DNA of 64,000 bases from Takakia lepidozioides (taxonomy: Eukaryota; Plantae; Bryophyta). Below the pieces are notes generated by a model. That model had not been told where the DNA came from and did no database searches. It saw nothing but the letters and a program-made list of their open reading frames with translations. Every line of letters begins with the position of its first letter. Position 1 is the first letter of the stretch. Both the position numbers and the translations under genes were made by a program. The DNA is taken from contig CM060731.1 in the NCBI GenBank assembly GCA_030704615.1, forward strand, positions 86,924,001 through 86,988,000, given 5' to 3'. Positions 1 to 13,040 of this stretch are shown piece after piece.

Positions 1-214
1 CCGACTATCGACATAATAATGCTTGGCTTTGCACGTGGACATGCATGTTGGTGGAGCTTTGCAATCGGCGCACTTGAAAGTACCCGAAGGAACCTGGCTA
101 GAGACAAAGAACGGCTGAAATGATGTGCCCGTCCAATCCGTCTCGTTTCTTCGCCCCCCTTTCGAGACAAAGTGGAAGCAGGTGGGATTCAGGCACCTCA
201 GCTTCCCCGCGCAG

Positions 215-730
215 AGGCCAGCCATTGAGCGCGCAATGGTGACATCTGGATTTGTCTTGTTAGGCAACCAAGATGGCATTTTCTGCTTGAGTGGACCGGC
301 AAGCAAGGGGTACCGGCCACTGCGGGTCTTGTTGGACTCGGGAGCTCAGCCACTGATGCTGGGTAGAGCTGCTATTGCATGTTTGGGCCTCACAGAGGCG
401 GACATGGAGCCTTGTCCTTTCCAGATATAGACATCTCTGGGAGGATCAGAGCAGGCTCGGGGCATGACACGGCGGGAGTTGGCCATTAGTTGCTACAGCC
501 GGATCACCCTACAGATGGTCAGTAACCAAGGCCATTTGTGACAGATGCGGTCTCTTACGATGTCATAGTTGGTGGGGCAGTGTTGTACCCCATGGGTTTA
601 TCCTGGATTTTTGGGAGGAGTCAGCCTCCTATAGGCCTGGATGGCAGTCAGGGGAAGGTCGTCATATGCAACTCCCTGTGACATCATTGGGGGTGTTGCT
701 GCTGCCCAGCGGGGCAAGATGCCGACACTA
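215..730 (+). pseudogene. Retroelement aspartic protease fragment; second copy of the protease region of the DNMT-carrying element
   Basis: RPAIERAMVT...RVLLDSGAQPLMLGR...MEPCPFQI is nearly identical to the 35478-36392(-) ORF. DNA similarity extends to about 730 (GGCAAGATGCCGACACT). Contains stops and frameshifts. Confidence 0.85.
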
Positions 731-1212
731 GGAGGTTGTGTAGGAAGCACATGACATCATAAAAGAAGAGGTCAAACTGAGCCCCGGAGCGAGGCCAAAG
801 CAGATTCAGCTGAAGGCAACCCACGAGATTGCTCTGGGGAAAATTATGTCTGAAGATGGGAAGGACCGAGTGCCCTTGGACGAGAGGGAGATGGTCGACC
901 TCTTGGAGTCTGTCTCGCATGTTTGCAGCCCCAATGTCAGGAATCACATTGTATCTTGCAAGCAACAATTCGGCCGGGGGTCGGACATGCACTCACTACA
1001 ACAAATCCTGGCTTTTAGGTCTGCTATTTTCCAGTCGTATCAGCCTTTTATGACTGCATGACTGCCCGGTCAGATACACCCAGTCAGTTGTGACAAATGA
1101 GTCGTAAGCGCCATAGAGTCGTATATGCCAGTCGTGGTGCTCACTGTTGACGTGACAATTTTATGTTCCTCTTTTCATCATACTCAAAGTTCTATAGGAT
1201 ATAGGTATAGAT

Positions 1213-2629
1213 GAGTGTTGAGCAGGTATACAATTTACCTAGATACCGGATGTATCATCTGGGTATATCGGGGTAAGGTTACCCAATAATAAATAATGTA
1301 TTACGCCTCCCGAAAGAAGCATAAATTATGGTGTCTCTCTTGACCTAGAAGGGCTACTGCCTGCTTGCATATAGGTGGACACTTTCGTAACACCAATTGG
1401 TGGAACCCAAAACCACTTCCGAGGTGGTATATGCCCATTACCACTAGGCTACAACTTGGTTGTCAAGTTACCCATATATATACCCAGACTAGGTTGAAGA
1501 GTAAAACACCAACGTTTACCCAACCCTTAGGACGGATATTGTTTTTCTTGGCGAGTAAATGACCGTCATTATCTTCTAGTTGTGCCACTCGACTTCATTC
1601 CCTTGCTCATTAAATTGTACCTCAAGGACGATCGCAAATCCCAAAACAATGAATACCATTATGGAGGTACTAGTGCAATTTTCTAGGCTTCTTCATGGCA
1701 AGCTTTGCCCTTGGACATGCACCTATATTTTGTTTCTACATTCTTGAGATTGAAACTTGGTTTTTAAGCATTAATTTATTATGCTCAAGATATATTTCAA
1801 AATCCATTCAATTTTAATTTCTTGTGGTTACATCTAATGGGTTCTTTTTTCTTTTCTTTTTTTTTCAAGAAAGAGGGACGGTGGCCTCGATAAACTTTAT
1901 AGCAGCTGGACAAAAAGGTCCGATAAATACAAAATATGGAAGTCTAGGTGGAAAAAATAACCACCTGTGGAGGCTTACTATGGAGGCATACCCACGCAAG
2001 TAAGCAAGAAAGGAGTAAGATGAAGGGGGGTAGGGAGGTGTGGAATTAGTGTGGAGGAGGAGATCATTGGTTTATAATCAAAAATTACCATTTACCCGAC
2101 CCTTATCCTATCTAAAGTTGAGTTTATCCGGGGTTTTTCTGTACACCCTGACCCGTTAAATAACCTTACCCTAAAGTTTATTTTGATAGAGATAAAGATA
2201 AGATAAAGATAAAGTTTCCTTAACGTCCAGTGAATTTACAGATCCTACTACTCAACACACAGGCCATCAAGGGCCCAATGGACGGTCTGAAGGCACATGT
2301 TGAAGTATTGAACCCAGGATCACCAAGGTTATGCACAGGCAAGGCACAAACACCCAACCGCTGGGCTACCTGCTCAAGAGAGAGAGAAGACTCCGGCCAA
2401 TGCCAGCGTAACAGACTACTGCTCCCTTCCGAGGGTGGGCCCTTTATTTTGATAATACCTGGTTACACCCTAACTTGGTGTGTTCTATAAATATGCATTA
2501 CCCGGAACCGACCCTTACTTTCAATTTGAAAAATAATAATACCTTGACCCGACGGATAAATATTTTTCTAAAAATTTATAGTACCCTTACCCTGCGAAAA
2601 AATAAAAAATAAATACTTGCTCAACACTC
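1213..2629. mobile_element. Non-autonomous hAT-type MITE
   Basis: TIR GAGTGTTGAGCA...TGCTCAACACTC. 8-bp TSD GTATAGAT (1205-1212) / GTATAGAC (2630-2637), one mismatch. Internal TTACCC/GGGTA motifs; no transposase. Confidence 0.75.
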
Positions 2630-3179
2630 GTATAGACTTCTGGTTATAGATTCATAACGTCTTAAATGAGTTGCGAGGTCCACATAGGGGCAATTCGGCT
2701 TGGGTCTAGGCTTTGAGCTAGGCCTTAGGCCCTAAAACTAGATCCGAGGCCACATGACCTCAGGCCCTAAAACCCTAGGCCACATGTACGTTCATGGCGC
2801 AACAAGTTGGGAAACGGCGCTTTAACATATCAAAATTTCCTTAAAATGGATGAAATGAATCTCATTGGATTGTTCTCTACTTAAAAGTAAATTTGTTTAG
2901 TTAAGAGTTTTTCCAATTTCTATCATTAAAAACCCTTAATTTTGCAAACCAATCGTGGGGGTCCAAGTGAGGCTGTGGCGCAGGTGCCAGGTAGTTTGCA
3001 ACGCGGTGCGACCAAATGCCACGAAACGGTGTGTCTAAGGCCCCATCGTGGCGCGCGATAGTATTGCTTCAGGCCGCATTCAAGGTTTTTTTACTTCCTT
3101 GGTGGAGCAGAATGTGTCGATCATGAAATTCAAGCGAGATTAATGTCACAAGAAAGAATCAAGCTTTGAAACAATTTCT

Positions 3180-5100
3180 CTATCCTACCTCTATGATCCT
3201 TGATCGCTGCAATTTCATCTTCTGGATACGAAGGGCTCTAGCATTCGTGGCTTCTACAAAACTCAGTAGCAATTTTGGTCTATATGCATCTATCGGCAAC
3301 ACTTGTGCCCTGAAATTTTTGACAAAGATGAGATCTTGCTGAGCATACCACAGGTTCAACTTCTTTTCTTCTAATTTGGCCAATGCCTTGGTCTCTTTGA
3401 CAACACGTCTTGCTTCAGCATCCATCTTTCTTTGTGCAATAGCAGTCTGCCGTTCGATTCTTTTTTCTTTTCTTTCTGTGCTATAGCAGCCGCTTTGCGT
3501 TCAATCTTGTTTCGCAAATGTTGTTGGTACTCAAAGCTAGTCAGTAGCGCACTCCCAGCAATTTGAAATCGAGGAGGCTGATCCACAGTTGTCGTATCTG
3601 TATTTGTCTGCATATCATGTCCCGCACTCAAAGTACAAGGAGCTTCAATCATGGTTTGAGTCTCGGGTATGATAGACATAGGCGTATCGTCAAAGATCGT
3701 GTTATCAACCCCCATCAGGTGGTTCCTGCAAGTGTGAAAGGGCAGGTTGATATACATCATTGTCATCGAACACATTCACCTCTGCATCGACATGATTTGC
3801 AGGATCCATATGCACAACTCCATCTCGATCCAAAGGCCCTCTGTCGTTAGAACTCGTAGGAACTCTTAAACTCAACAACAAGGCCCCCACATCTTCGCTA
3901 GGTCCAAAATCTCCATCCAAGGCATTTGGTTTTAATGGCCATATGCCTGTTCTCCTAAATCCATTTGCAATGGTATTCACCGTCAGTGCACGGCTGCAGT
4001 GCGTTGCTCACCAAAGAAGCTAGGTGTTATTTTCCAACCTCTATGTGGTGCTTCATCATGAACAAACTGCGTTCAAGCTTGAAATAATGTTTGAAAGGAT
4101 GGAAGCAAGAAACATCCAAAGGCTGCAATTTGTGAGAGGTGTGTGCAGGAATTGTTAGAATATCCAGTCCTACACTTGAGGCAAAGCTGATGGCATCCGT
4201 AGATATGTGAGAACTGCAATTGTCCAAAATGAGCAAATGTCTATTATCAACAGACATGTCGCCAGGAACATTACGTTGAAAATGCCGAAGCCAATCGGCA
4301 AACAAAGTTGTTGTCATCCAAGCTTTTGGTTGAGTCGCCATTGCTGCACCCGCTTCACAACTGGCTATGAAATTCCGTCTAGGTACTCTTTGTTTCCCTT
4401 TGAAAACATAAAATGTGGAATGGAATGACCTGCTGCGTTTACACATACCAGTATGGTGAGCCATTCTCTGCTTTTGGGAAGCACGCCGTAAACATCCTTA
4501 CTTCCTCGTTGTGCAAGAAGTCTCATACCCAATGACCTTCCAGCTTGTATATCGGTTTCATCGCAGTTCCATATGTTCGTCGGCTGATAATGGGATTGTG
4601 AATAGATCGATGCCAAATTTTTGTAGAATGGACCTACCACTTCTGCGCATAAATTTTGCACTCTTGACTTCTCCAACCCTTCAGCGGCTCTTTGAACGAT
4701 TTCAGGATGACTTTTTTAAACCATTTCCACCAACTCCTTCCCGGCATTCCATTTACAAATGGTGTAGGACGATCGCTGGTTATCTCCTTCACCCTTTAAC
4801 TCGTAGCATAGCTAAATTGACACATGTCCTAGCATGTTGACACTGCAACATCCATTCCACCAATTCTTTTTCTTCCTTAGTTGTCAACATGGTGTTCATT
4901 CCAGATTTTTTGGTAGTAGTAACTCCATACATCCATCTTCTAATACTGGACTCTGGAATCCCAAATTGTCTTCCTGCGGCACGCATGTTTGGAACTTCAC
5001 CATTTTCAATCGCCACATTTGGAGCTTGTACGTGTTTTTCTCGAAATCATAGGCTCGCCCGTGACTGTACCCCCTACAGACGATCGAGCTCTTAAGCAGA
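3180..5100 (-). pseudogene. pogo/Tc1-mariner superfamily transposase (HTH/CENP-B-like + DDE_1), frameshifted
   Basis: ORF pieces: HTH MRAAGRQFGIPESSIRRW, WNCDETD, WLTILVCVNAAG, WMTTTLFADWL, LLILDNCSSH, PAHTSHKLQPLDVSCFHPFK, NGFRRTGIWPL. Confidence 0.88.
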
Positions 5101-5414
5101 CACCTTTGGAGGAGAGACCGAAACATTGTCGCTGGGCTCACATAATTATGATTGAATCGCAGTAGCCCGATGAACAACTCTGGGACCTGATCTAGTATAC
5201 CGTTGTCGATTTGTCATCATGATTAGGTAGATACTTTTCAATCATGATACAAACTGCTGCATGTACTCGAATGAACTCTCGTAATGCTTAGAAATAAATA
5301 AAGACTAGAAAAACTAATACACCAGATCATGCCTGAAGCAAATATGTGCACAAGTTGCTCGGAAAATTCAAGCGTACAGTGGTAGTATCTAGTATCTATA
5401 TTGAGACAATTGAT

Positions 5415-5700
5415 TCAACTGCAGATGTCTTCATCACTACAGACTTCACCATCTGAATCACTACTTGTGTTCACCTCTACGCAAATGTTAGTATTCACAG
5501 AACACATGTAAGCAGGTAGTAGTGGGCATCGACAACAAATGGCTCGGTGGCGTATAGCATCAATCAATGAAAGATGGAACCTAAGTATAAGCGGACATTT
5601 GCAATGTGCTGTTGGGAGATATCTCTCAGAGGCAACCACTATCTTCCTGTAGCAATCCACGCATGAGCATCTAGACTTCCCCATCTCAGCCATGGAGCTA
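5415..5700 (-). pseudogene. Possible degenerate RING-variant (C4HC3-like) zinc finger ORF upstream of the pogo transposase
   Basis: CVDC...CKC-x6-H-x2-L...CCRC spacing resembles RINGv with one ligand lost. Confidence 0.3.
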
Positions 5701-6550
5701 ATTTTTGTATAAAGAGAGAAACAAGGCATGGATCTCAAATGCTTGCTAGTGTGTGGCGGGAGATATATGACTGCAATTTTGTAATTTGAGATTGAAGACA
5801 CGGTGAGTTGCCTGACAACGAAATTAATTCAGCCTCCAATTCTGTTAAGTAACAACTCTACATATTCCATAGTACAAAGTTCAGGTTAGTTCGATCAATG
5901 CATCTCTAAGATTATAAGGACATCTGTCTTATGATCTGGTATTGGCTCATTCTTTATCCAATGTGGTGCAGCTGTACACGTTGCATGGTGGTAAATAACA
6001 CCAATCATGGCACAGTTTTGGGCAGTCTAATTAACTCAACTTATCATGCCCATTTATTAGTGTTTTTTTTTTTTATGGTGGCACATCTGGCACTGTATGG
6101 TGATTCAAAGACAAATGGCTGGCCCTGCAAATTTCTGTGATCGTAGGCAAAAATGGTCTCGTGATTGCTCAAATGGCATTTACTACAGCTCAAATAGGAA
6201 TAGGCCAGGACAGGGTCTTGTATCACAACGAAGGGCTATTTGGGGGTTCATATGGTGGCTTATCTTCCATCACATGGTGGTCCCACGAAGATCGTTTTGG
6301 ATGTCAGTAGGTAGTCCTTTCATGGCACAACGTCCCGGTTATCAGCGTCACGTTCGTCCGTCAGCATAAGGTCACGTCAGACCTGACGCTGACGGGACCT
6401 CCGTCACGTCAGGTTCGGGGAATATTTTGGTAAAAATAGTACCAGGTAAAATACTGCCACTTAAGCAGACACGTCGCCGACACGGTGGCGGTGGCAAATA
6501 CATTTTAAAAATTAACAAAATGAACGCGACCACCAATTATGGCGGTCACT

Positions 6551-8198
6551 TAGTCTCTCTGCCATGTTCGGCGGAGCCAGTCGCAAGAGCATTCGCACGA
6601 GGCCGGCCTTGGCATCAGCGTCGTCTCGGAGCATGACATTGTCGAACAAGAATGGATTGAGCAAAGCCCCCGCATAATGCAAGTCCGTTCGAACCATCGA
6701 ACGACGGTCGTAAAATGCATCCGAAGCACTATCCGCAAGTTCAGGTTCCAAGGAGAAGGGATGATGCCTTAGGGATTGGACATGCTTCTCAAGATTTTTT
6801 CATTAGTAACCATGCCTTGCCCATTACTGGTTGCTTTCCATCAAACTCCCGCAAGATGATTAACACCGGCTCTACCATATAAACAAAGTTTTCACATTCC
6901 TTCCAGAAATCATCGCTGCGAATGTTGTTCCGAACTTTTCGACTTTTGTCCAATGACTTAACTTTTCTGGAGTCCCACAATGTCCGTGTGTATTGAGGAT
7001 CGATGATGGTGTGCTCCAGACTGCTCTTCACCGTCACCAACCGATCCACCATCAAGAAGTTAGTGGCAAAACGAGTTTCGCCTGGATTCCGGAGGCTGTA
7101 TTTGGGTTCATGCCTCATCTATATTGCCAAAGGAATGTGGTGTGTGCGGATGAACGACACAACGGTCTTCGCTCGCTTGACAAGTTGTTTCACCCATTGT
7201 TTTTTTCCCCAATCTTCCAAAATGAGGTCAAGGATATGAGCAGCACAACCTTGATAGTACATATGGAGATAATGTGCCAACAACATGTCTGCAATGTTTA
7301 TCATGTTAGCGGCATTGTCCATGCATATTTGCACGATTCTATCACTTCCGACCTGTTCGATGAAGTCCGTCAATAGTTGGCATTGATAACGTCCATATTT
7401 CTTCTCGCCGCTAGTGTCGACCGATCCCAAGAATTGTTCCCCAGTTGGACATACGAGCATGACATTGAACAATGGTCTATTTGTAACAGAACTCCAACCA
7501 TCGACACATATAGTGCTTCTATATTTTCTGATGCACTCGTCCGTCCTATCGTTGACTTTTTGGATAAGCTTGGTCATGGCGTCTTCTAGCAATCCCGTGC
7601 GGAGATTGTGATAAGTCGGAGGCACGTACGTGGATCGGGACTCCAAGGTTGCTCTAATGGCAGAAACAAATGCCGGAAGCCTTGACATATTAAATGATAT
7701 GTTAGCCTCGTAGAAAAACTGCACCCATTTTTTATCCAACTGCCTTTTCGCAGACAAGTTAAGACCTTCTTGCATAGATTGCTGCCGTAATCCTCTACTC
7801 CGTTGAAGTATAGGGGTACAAAGCGGTGTTAAAGTAGGTGTTGCTCCGGCACAACCCACTTGTCCAAGGACACCTGAAGCCTCACAAGAGTCGCCTTGGG
7901 TACTGATCGGGGCATCCTAACGGGAAAATGAAGTGTTCTGCTCAGAGGTCATGTCCAGATCCAGAGACATTGGAATATTGCCTCCACACTTGGCAAAGTG
8001 GCTTTTTACCCGCATAGATGCTTTAGGGCATAAACCCACCTCGGCGCTTTTTACACCTCTATAGCCAAGGTGAGCGAGCAGCCGATCCTTACGATAAGAG
8101 AGCTTCAATTCACATAGGTTGCACTCAACACTGCCAGTGGCACTGATAGTGTTCGGGATTACCGTATACCAAGGGCTCCATTTCTCTTTCATCTTCAC
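6551..8198 (-). pseudogene. hAT transposase, N-terminal two-thirds (BED zinc finger + DUF659/RNase H-like core)
   Basis: CNLC...RLLAHL...C; FFYEANISFN; ICVDGWS; IVQICMDNAAN; GCAAHILDLILED; PGETRFATNFLM; LHYAGALLNP. In-frame stops present. Confidence 0.9.
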
Positions 8199-8624
8199 CC
8201 AATATCCACTCCCCTGGGCCCTAGCGATGTAAACAACAAAAAACAGTCACATATAAATGAACGTGTTGTGAACGTAGAGTGCAATGCGATATCCCAACAC
8301 TTCTACACTTATCACCAACCCAAGTGGGTCGATGTGGGTTGTAGTGTTAAGCTTATACACAATCTGCTAAAGTGGCTTTGGTGGAAGCCACAACGGCAAA
8401 AGGTGCGCACCCTCCTCTTGGGCTACACTCTCGTTCAATGGAAGATAACATCCAAAGCAACCTCAAGTGTTTGCGCCAAAAAAAGTGATGAGCTCGGTGA
8501 CCCTGCTCCCTTATATATGCTCCAGAAAAGATGAAAAAATGAAAGTGAAATGAATAAATGACGAACCAATAGCGCCCACCCGAAAAAGGCGGTACAACCA
8601 TATTTGTTATAATTTTGAAATTAA

Positions 8625-10035
8625 GCGACCGTTCATACTGCGATCGCTATTTTTATTTTTTATGAAAAACAAGCGAACGCCACTATTGTGGTCGCTTTTA
8701 TTTCCTTTCGTTTTGTGCAATATTCCGGTCACTTCTATTTTGTATATTTTTAAATTTAAACAATCCCCCGTATGGCGGTCGCTACTGTTTTTTATTTCAA
8801 AATATAATGCGACCGCCGGTATGGCGGTCGCTTCATTTGTTTATATATTTAAAATACAGCGACTGCCAATATGGTGGTCGCTTTTATTCTTAATATTTAT
8901 AAAAAAAACGCGACCGCCAGTAAGGCAATTGCTTTTAATCTTTATATTTTCAAGTTTAAGCGACCGCCAGTAAGGCAGTCGCTTTTAATCTTTATATTTT
9001 CAAGTTTAAGCGACCGCCAGTCTGGCGGTCGTTTTTATTTTATATATTATTAAATTAATGCGACCGCCAGTTTGGTGGTCGCAAATGTTGTTTTATTTTA
9101 AAATAAGCGACCACCGGTGTGGCGATCGCTTTTATTTTCATATGTCGATTTTTTTTTAATAATTTTAAATTAACCGACCGCCATATGGCGGTCGCTTGTT
9201 TTTCTATATATTTTTGAAATTAAGCGACCGCCAAATGGCGGTCACTTGTTTTTTTAAATATATTTTTGAAATTATCCGACCGCCATATGGCAGTCGCTTG
9301 TTCTGTATATATTTGCAAAATTGTGCGACCGCCAATACGGCAGTCGCTTGTTTTTTTTAAAAATTAGGCGACGGCCAATGCGACCGCCAATCCTTTTTAT
9401 AAAAAAAAAAATTGAAGCGACCGCCAATATGACGGTCGCTATTTCTTTTTTTATTTCAAAAAATAAAGCGACCGCCAATCTTGCTTTTAAAAATAAATAA
9501 ATTTAATCGACTGCCAATATGGCGGTCTCTATTTCTTTTTTAATTTCGAAAAACAAAGTGACCGCCAGAATATGCGGTCACGTTCATTTTGTTAATTTTC
9601 AAATGTATTTGCCACCGCCACCGTGTCGGCGACGTGGCTGTTTAAGTGGCAGTATTTTACCCGGTACTATTTTTACCAGAATATTCCCCGAACCTGACGT
9701 GACCTGATTATCCGACCGCCATATGGCGGTCGCTTGTTTTTTTTAATATATTTTTGAAATTATCCGTCCGCAATATGGTGGTCGCTTGTTCTGTACATAT
9801 TTACAAAATTGTGCGACCACCAATACGGCAGTCGCTTTTTTTTTTTAAAAATTAGGCGACTGCCAATGCGACCGCCAATCTTGTTTGAAAAAAATAAAAT
9901 TTTGAAGCGACCGCCAAGATAGCGGTCGTTATTTCTTTTTTTAATTCGAAAAATAACGCGACCACCAGTGCGACCGCCAATCTTGCTTTTTTTTTAAACA
10001 AATTGAAGCGACCGCCAATAATGGCGGTCGCTATT
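8625..10035. repeat. Subterminal array of GCGACCGCC...GGCGGTCGC palindromic units with A/T spacers
   Basis: Dozens of units visible. Includes an inverted copy of the terminal block (about 9560-9705) and a direct duplication (about 9270-9500 vs about 9708-10030). Confidence 0.9.
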
Positions 10036-10041
10036 TTTTTT

Positions 10042-10647
10042 CAATGCTTCTCAGATCGCCGCGACCTTTTTGAGAACATGTCGGATCCAAAAGAGCTCAA
10101 TATGTTGCCACATGAATTGGAGCTGGAGCAAGAATATTGGCTCCCATTGCGAAGCGTATTCTTGCCCAAGTGTGCTCTACCTCATCTTGCAAACGCAATT
10201 GGAGCAGTTACTCATTTGTTCACAACAAGATTCGCAACAGGTTGAATCCCGCGAGGGCTGACAAATTGATGTATGTATATACTAATTGGCCGACTGCCAC
10301 ATGAGAGGGCAGCGGATGATGCTGTAGCATGGTATGAGAGAAATTTGCATTCCGAAGACTCTACTTTTGAGGTAGATTCGATGAGTGACGATATTGAGTC
10401 TCAGAGGGAATCATCTCAGAGGGAGTCATCTGCCCACGATAGTGAAGATGGATCCGATGATACTCCCGAAAATGCGTATGACCCATTTACGTTCACAGAG
10501 GAGGATGCTTATATCCAGCCGACCTTTGATGACATTCTTGAGGAAGTACGTATCGCAGATGAAGGTGAAGCTGCAATTGTGTCATCCCTAGAACATGGTC
10601 CTCAGAATGAAGTTGGGGTCGACCCTCGCCCCCCCACTACACGCTGA
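10042..10647 (+). pseudogene. hAT transposase C-terminal dimerisation domain and acidic tail
   Basis: The frame through about 10155-10290 reads RILAQVCSTSSCKRNWSSYSFVHNKIRNRLNPARADKLMYVYTNW, the typical hAT dimerisation signature. Confidence 0.88.
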
Positions 10648-11589
10648 AGCCACCGGTAGTGCCCCAATGGAACTTAGGGGTGATGAACTATCAGGACCGA
10701 GCGACGTACGCAACCCTGTTCATACAAACGATGGTGTCGAATCCATTGTACAGTCAACGAGAACGGGAACATGCCTCACCGATATGACCAGCTCCACCAC
10801 AAGGGAGAAACCGATTCAGCTCCCCATCAACACAACGGGCATTAAGGAGCAACGGGGTTGATCTGTTTTCCACACGCACGCATCATTCTGTTGCATTGGA
10901 CCGGGCGGAAGTTGAAGCCTCGAATGATAATAACCTGCCATTACAATTTCACCTTAATCGACGTGTTGCGTAGCAGACCCGTGGTTCCTCACATGCCAGA
11001 CCATCTAATGTCGGTCTATCTCGGGCAGACCCTCTTCCGGTACCACCTTCGAATATTGCGTCCCAAATCCATAAACGACAGATAACAGTCCAACCTTTTG
11101 TAGGCATTCGGCCCACAAACAGGTCAGATACCGTGGATGGTATTCAAGACCGGAGTGGGAGTCGACCTCAGAGAGAACTAAATGTGGTTCGAGGTCGCTT
11201 GCAGATTCAAAGGCCTGGACATGGGAGGTCGGATAGGGAGGACGATTCCAGCACTGATCATGGCAATGGTGGTGAAGTCGAGGGTGACTCGGATTTTCAG
11301 CCCATCGGAGCATCAAGATTAAGATCTTCTTCGTCCCGCCATTAAAGCAGTAGTGGACATGTTTACATTTCTGTAGTGAAATAATACCAGTGTGATCATT
11401 GTCACTATGAGTATTTGTATTGTTGTTGTGTATGTGTTAGGGAATAAAAGATGTTGTCCATGTGTATACCACCCAAAATGTCGGCCAAAGACACCGTCAC
11501 TTACTCATGTTTGTGTTCGGTGATTTGCTTGTGTAATGAAAAACAATTGTGTCAATGCTTCCAACTCTGCATTCATTTTAATTTTAATG

Positions 11590-12680
11590 CAGCAACCGAT
11601 ATCACTGGCGGTCGCTTTTATTTTTTATTTTTTGTAAATGTAGCGAACGCGATGTAATAGCGGTCATCTTTTGTTTTTTCGTAAATTCAGCGACTGCCAG
11701 AACTGTCGGTCGCTCATAATATATTTTATGTAAATGGAGCGACCGCCATTACTGGCGGTCGTTTTTATTTTTATTTTTTTTGAAAATTCAGCGATCGCCA
11801 TTACTGGCGGTCGCTTATTTTTTTAATTTTGGAAAATAGATCGACCGCCATTTTTTGCGGTCGTTTTTTTTGGTTTTTAAAGGTGGCGGTCGCTTCTACG
11901 AAGTGTGCCCTGCGCGTGGAGCGAGGAATGAGGGGGGGGGGGGGGGGGCATATAAGCTCCGAGTCATTCTCCCCTCACTTCCATTACTGGCGGTCGCTTG
12001 AAGTTTTTTCTCTTGAAAAATGCAGCGACTGCCATTACTGGCGGTCTTTTTTATTTTATTTTTTTGCGAAATGGAGCGACCGCCAAGGTGGCGGTCGCTT
12101 CTACGAGGTCTGCCCTATGCGTGGAGCGAGGAATGAGGCGAGGGGAGGGATATATTTTTTGTAAATACAGCGACCGCCATTACTGGCGGTCGTTTTTATT
12201 TTAATTATTTTGGAAATGGAGCGACCGCCATTACTGGCAGTCGCCACAATTGTTTTTTTTGTAAATGCAACGACCGCCATTAGTGGCAGTCGCTTTTATT
12301 TCAATTTTGTTGGAAATGGAGCGACCGCCATTACTGGCGGTCGCTTTTATTTTAATTGTTTTGAAAATGGAGCGACCGCCATTACTGAAGTCACTGTAAT
12401 TATTTTAGTTATAAATGACGATTTAATTTCAATTTGTTTGGAAATGAAGCGACCGCCGTTACTGGCGGTCGTTTTTTTTTTTTTTTTTTTGGAAAATGGA
12501 GCAACCACCATTACTAGCGGTCACTTTAATTTTAATGTCACTGTAAATGCAGCGACCGCCAATGCTGGCGGTCGCTTATTTATTTTATTTTGGAAAATGG
12601 AACGACCGCCAGTTCTGGCGATCGCTCATTTATTTTTTTTCGAAAAATGGAGCGACCGCCAAGTGGGCGGCCGCTTCTAG
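11590..12680. repeat. Second GCGACCGCC/GGCGGTCGC subterminal array, with partially duplicated promoter-like blocks
   Basis: Repeated GGAGCGACCGCCATTACTGGCGGTCGC units. The block GCCCTGCGCGTGG...GGGGGGCATATAAG occurs at about 11907-11956 and about 12688-12727. Confidence 0.88.
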
Positions 12681-12714
12681 AAGATTTGCCCTGCGCGTGG
12701 CTCGAGGAAGGGGG

Positions 12715-12730
12715 GGGGGCATATAAGCCA
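12715..12730 (+). promoter_or_regulatory. Putative TATA box of the downstream RING-finger gene
   Basis: GGGGGCATATAAGCC is followed by a C/T-rich leader, a GT-AG intron (12977-13039) and an ATG at 13041. Confidence 0.45.
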
Positions 12731-13040
12731 AGGGAGGCTCATTCTCCCCTCACTTCCTCTCTACACAACTTTTGTGTGCGTGGCATTTAATTATTCCACG
12801 ACACGTAGTCACGTGGAGAAGGAGGCCATTGGCTGGGTGGGGGGTATTTTTTGCCGCGATTTTTGTGAGGTCGTTGCAGAATGCTCCCATAGGCCCTCCT
12901 CAGGCTTCCAGGATCATTTTATTCTACAAAATTATCTTTTAGGAACTTTTCTGACACCTACTCAGATTCATTTCCGGTGAAGAGTTTAGAGTTACGTCTT
13001 ATTAGTAAACCTCGTTACGTGTTGCTCCGATTGTTGCAGA

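Larger units (their letters stand above)
6335..12680. mobile_element. hAT (DUF659-type) DNA transposon, internally rearranged; boundaries approximate
   Basis: Terminal block CC(C/T)GGTTATCAGCGTCACG... recurs at 63072. GCGACCGCC/GGCGGTCGC subterminal arrays. Transposase is split over both strands. Confidence 0.75.

Noticed and set aside
8625-12680. Many short ORFs (RPPLLAVA-type) in GCGACCGCC arrays; also CRISPR-like spacing
   Set aside because: Translations of non-coding subterminal repeats; the spacers are low-complexity A/T runs.
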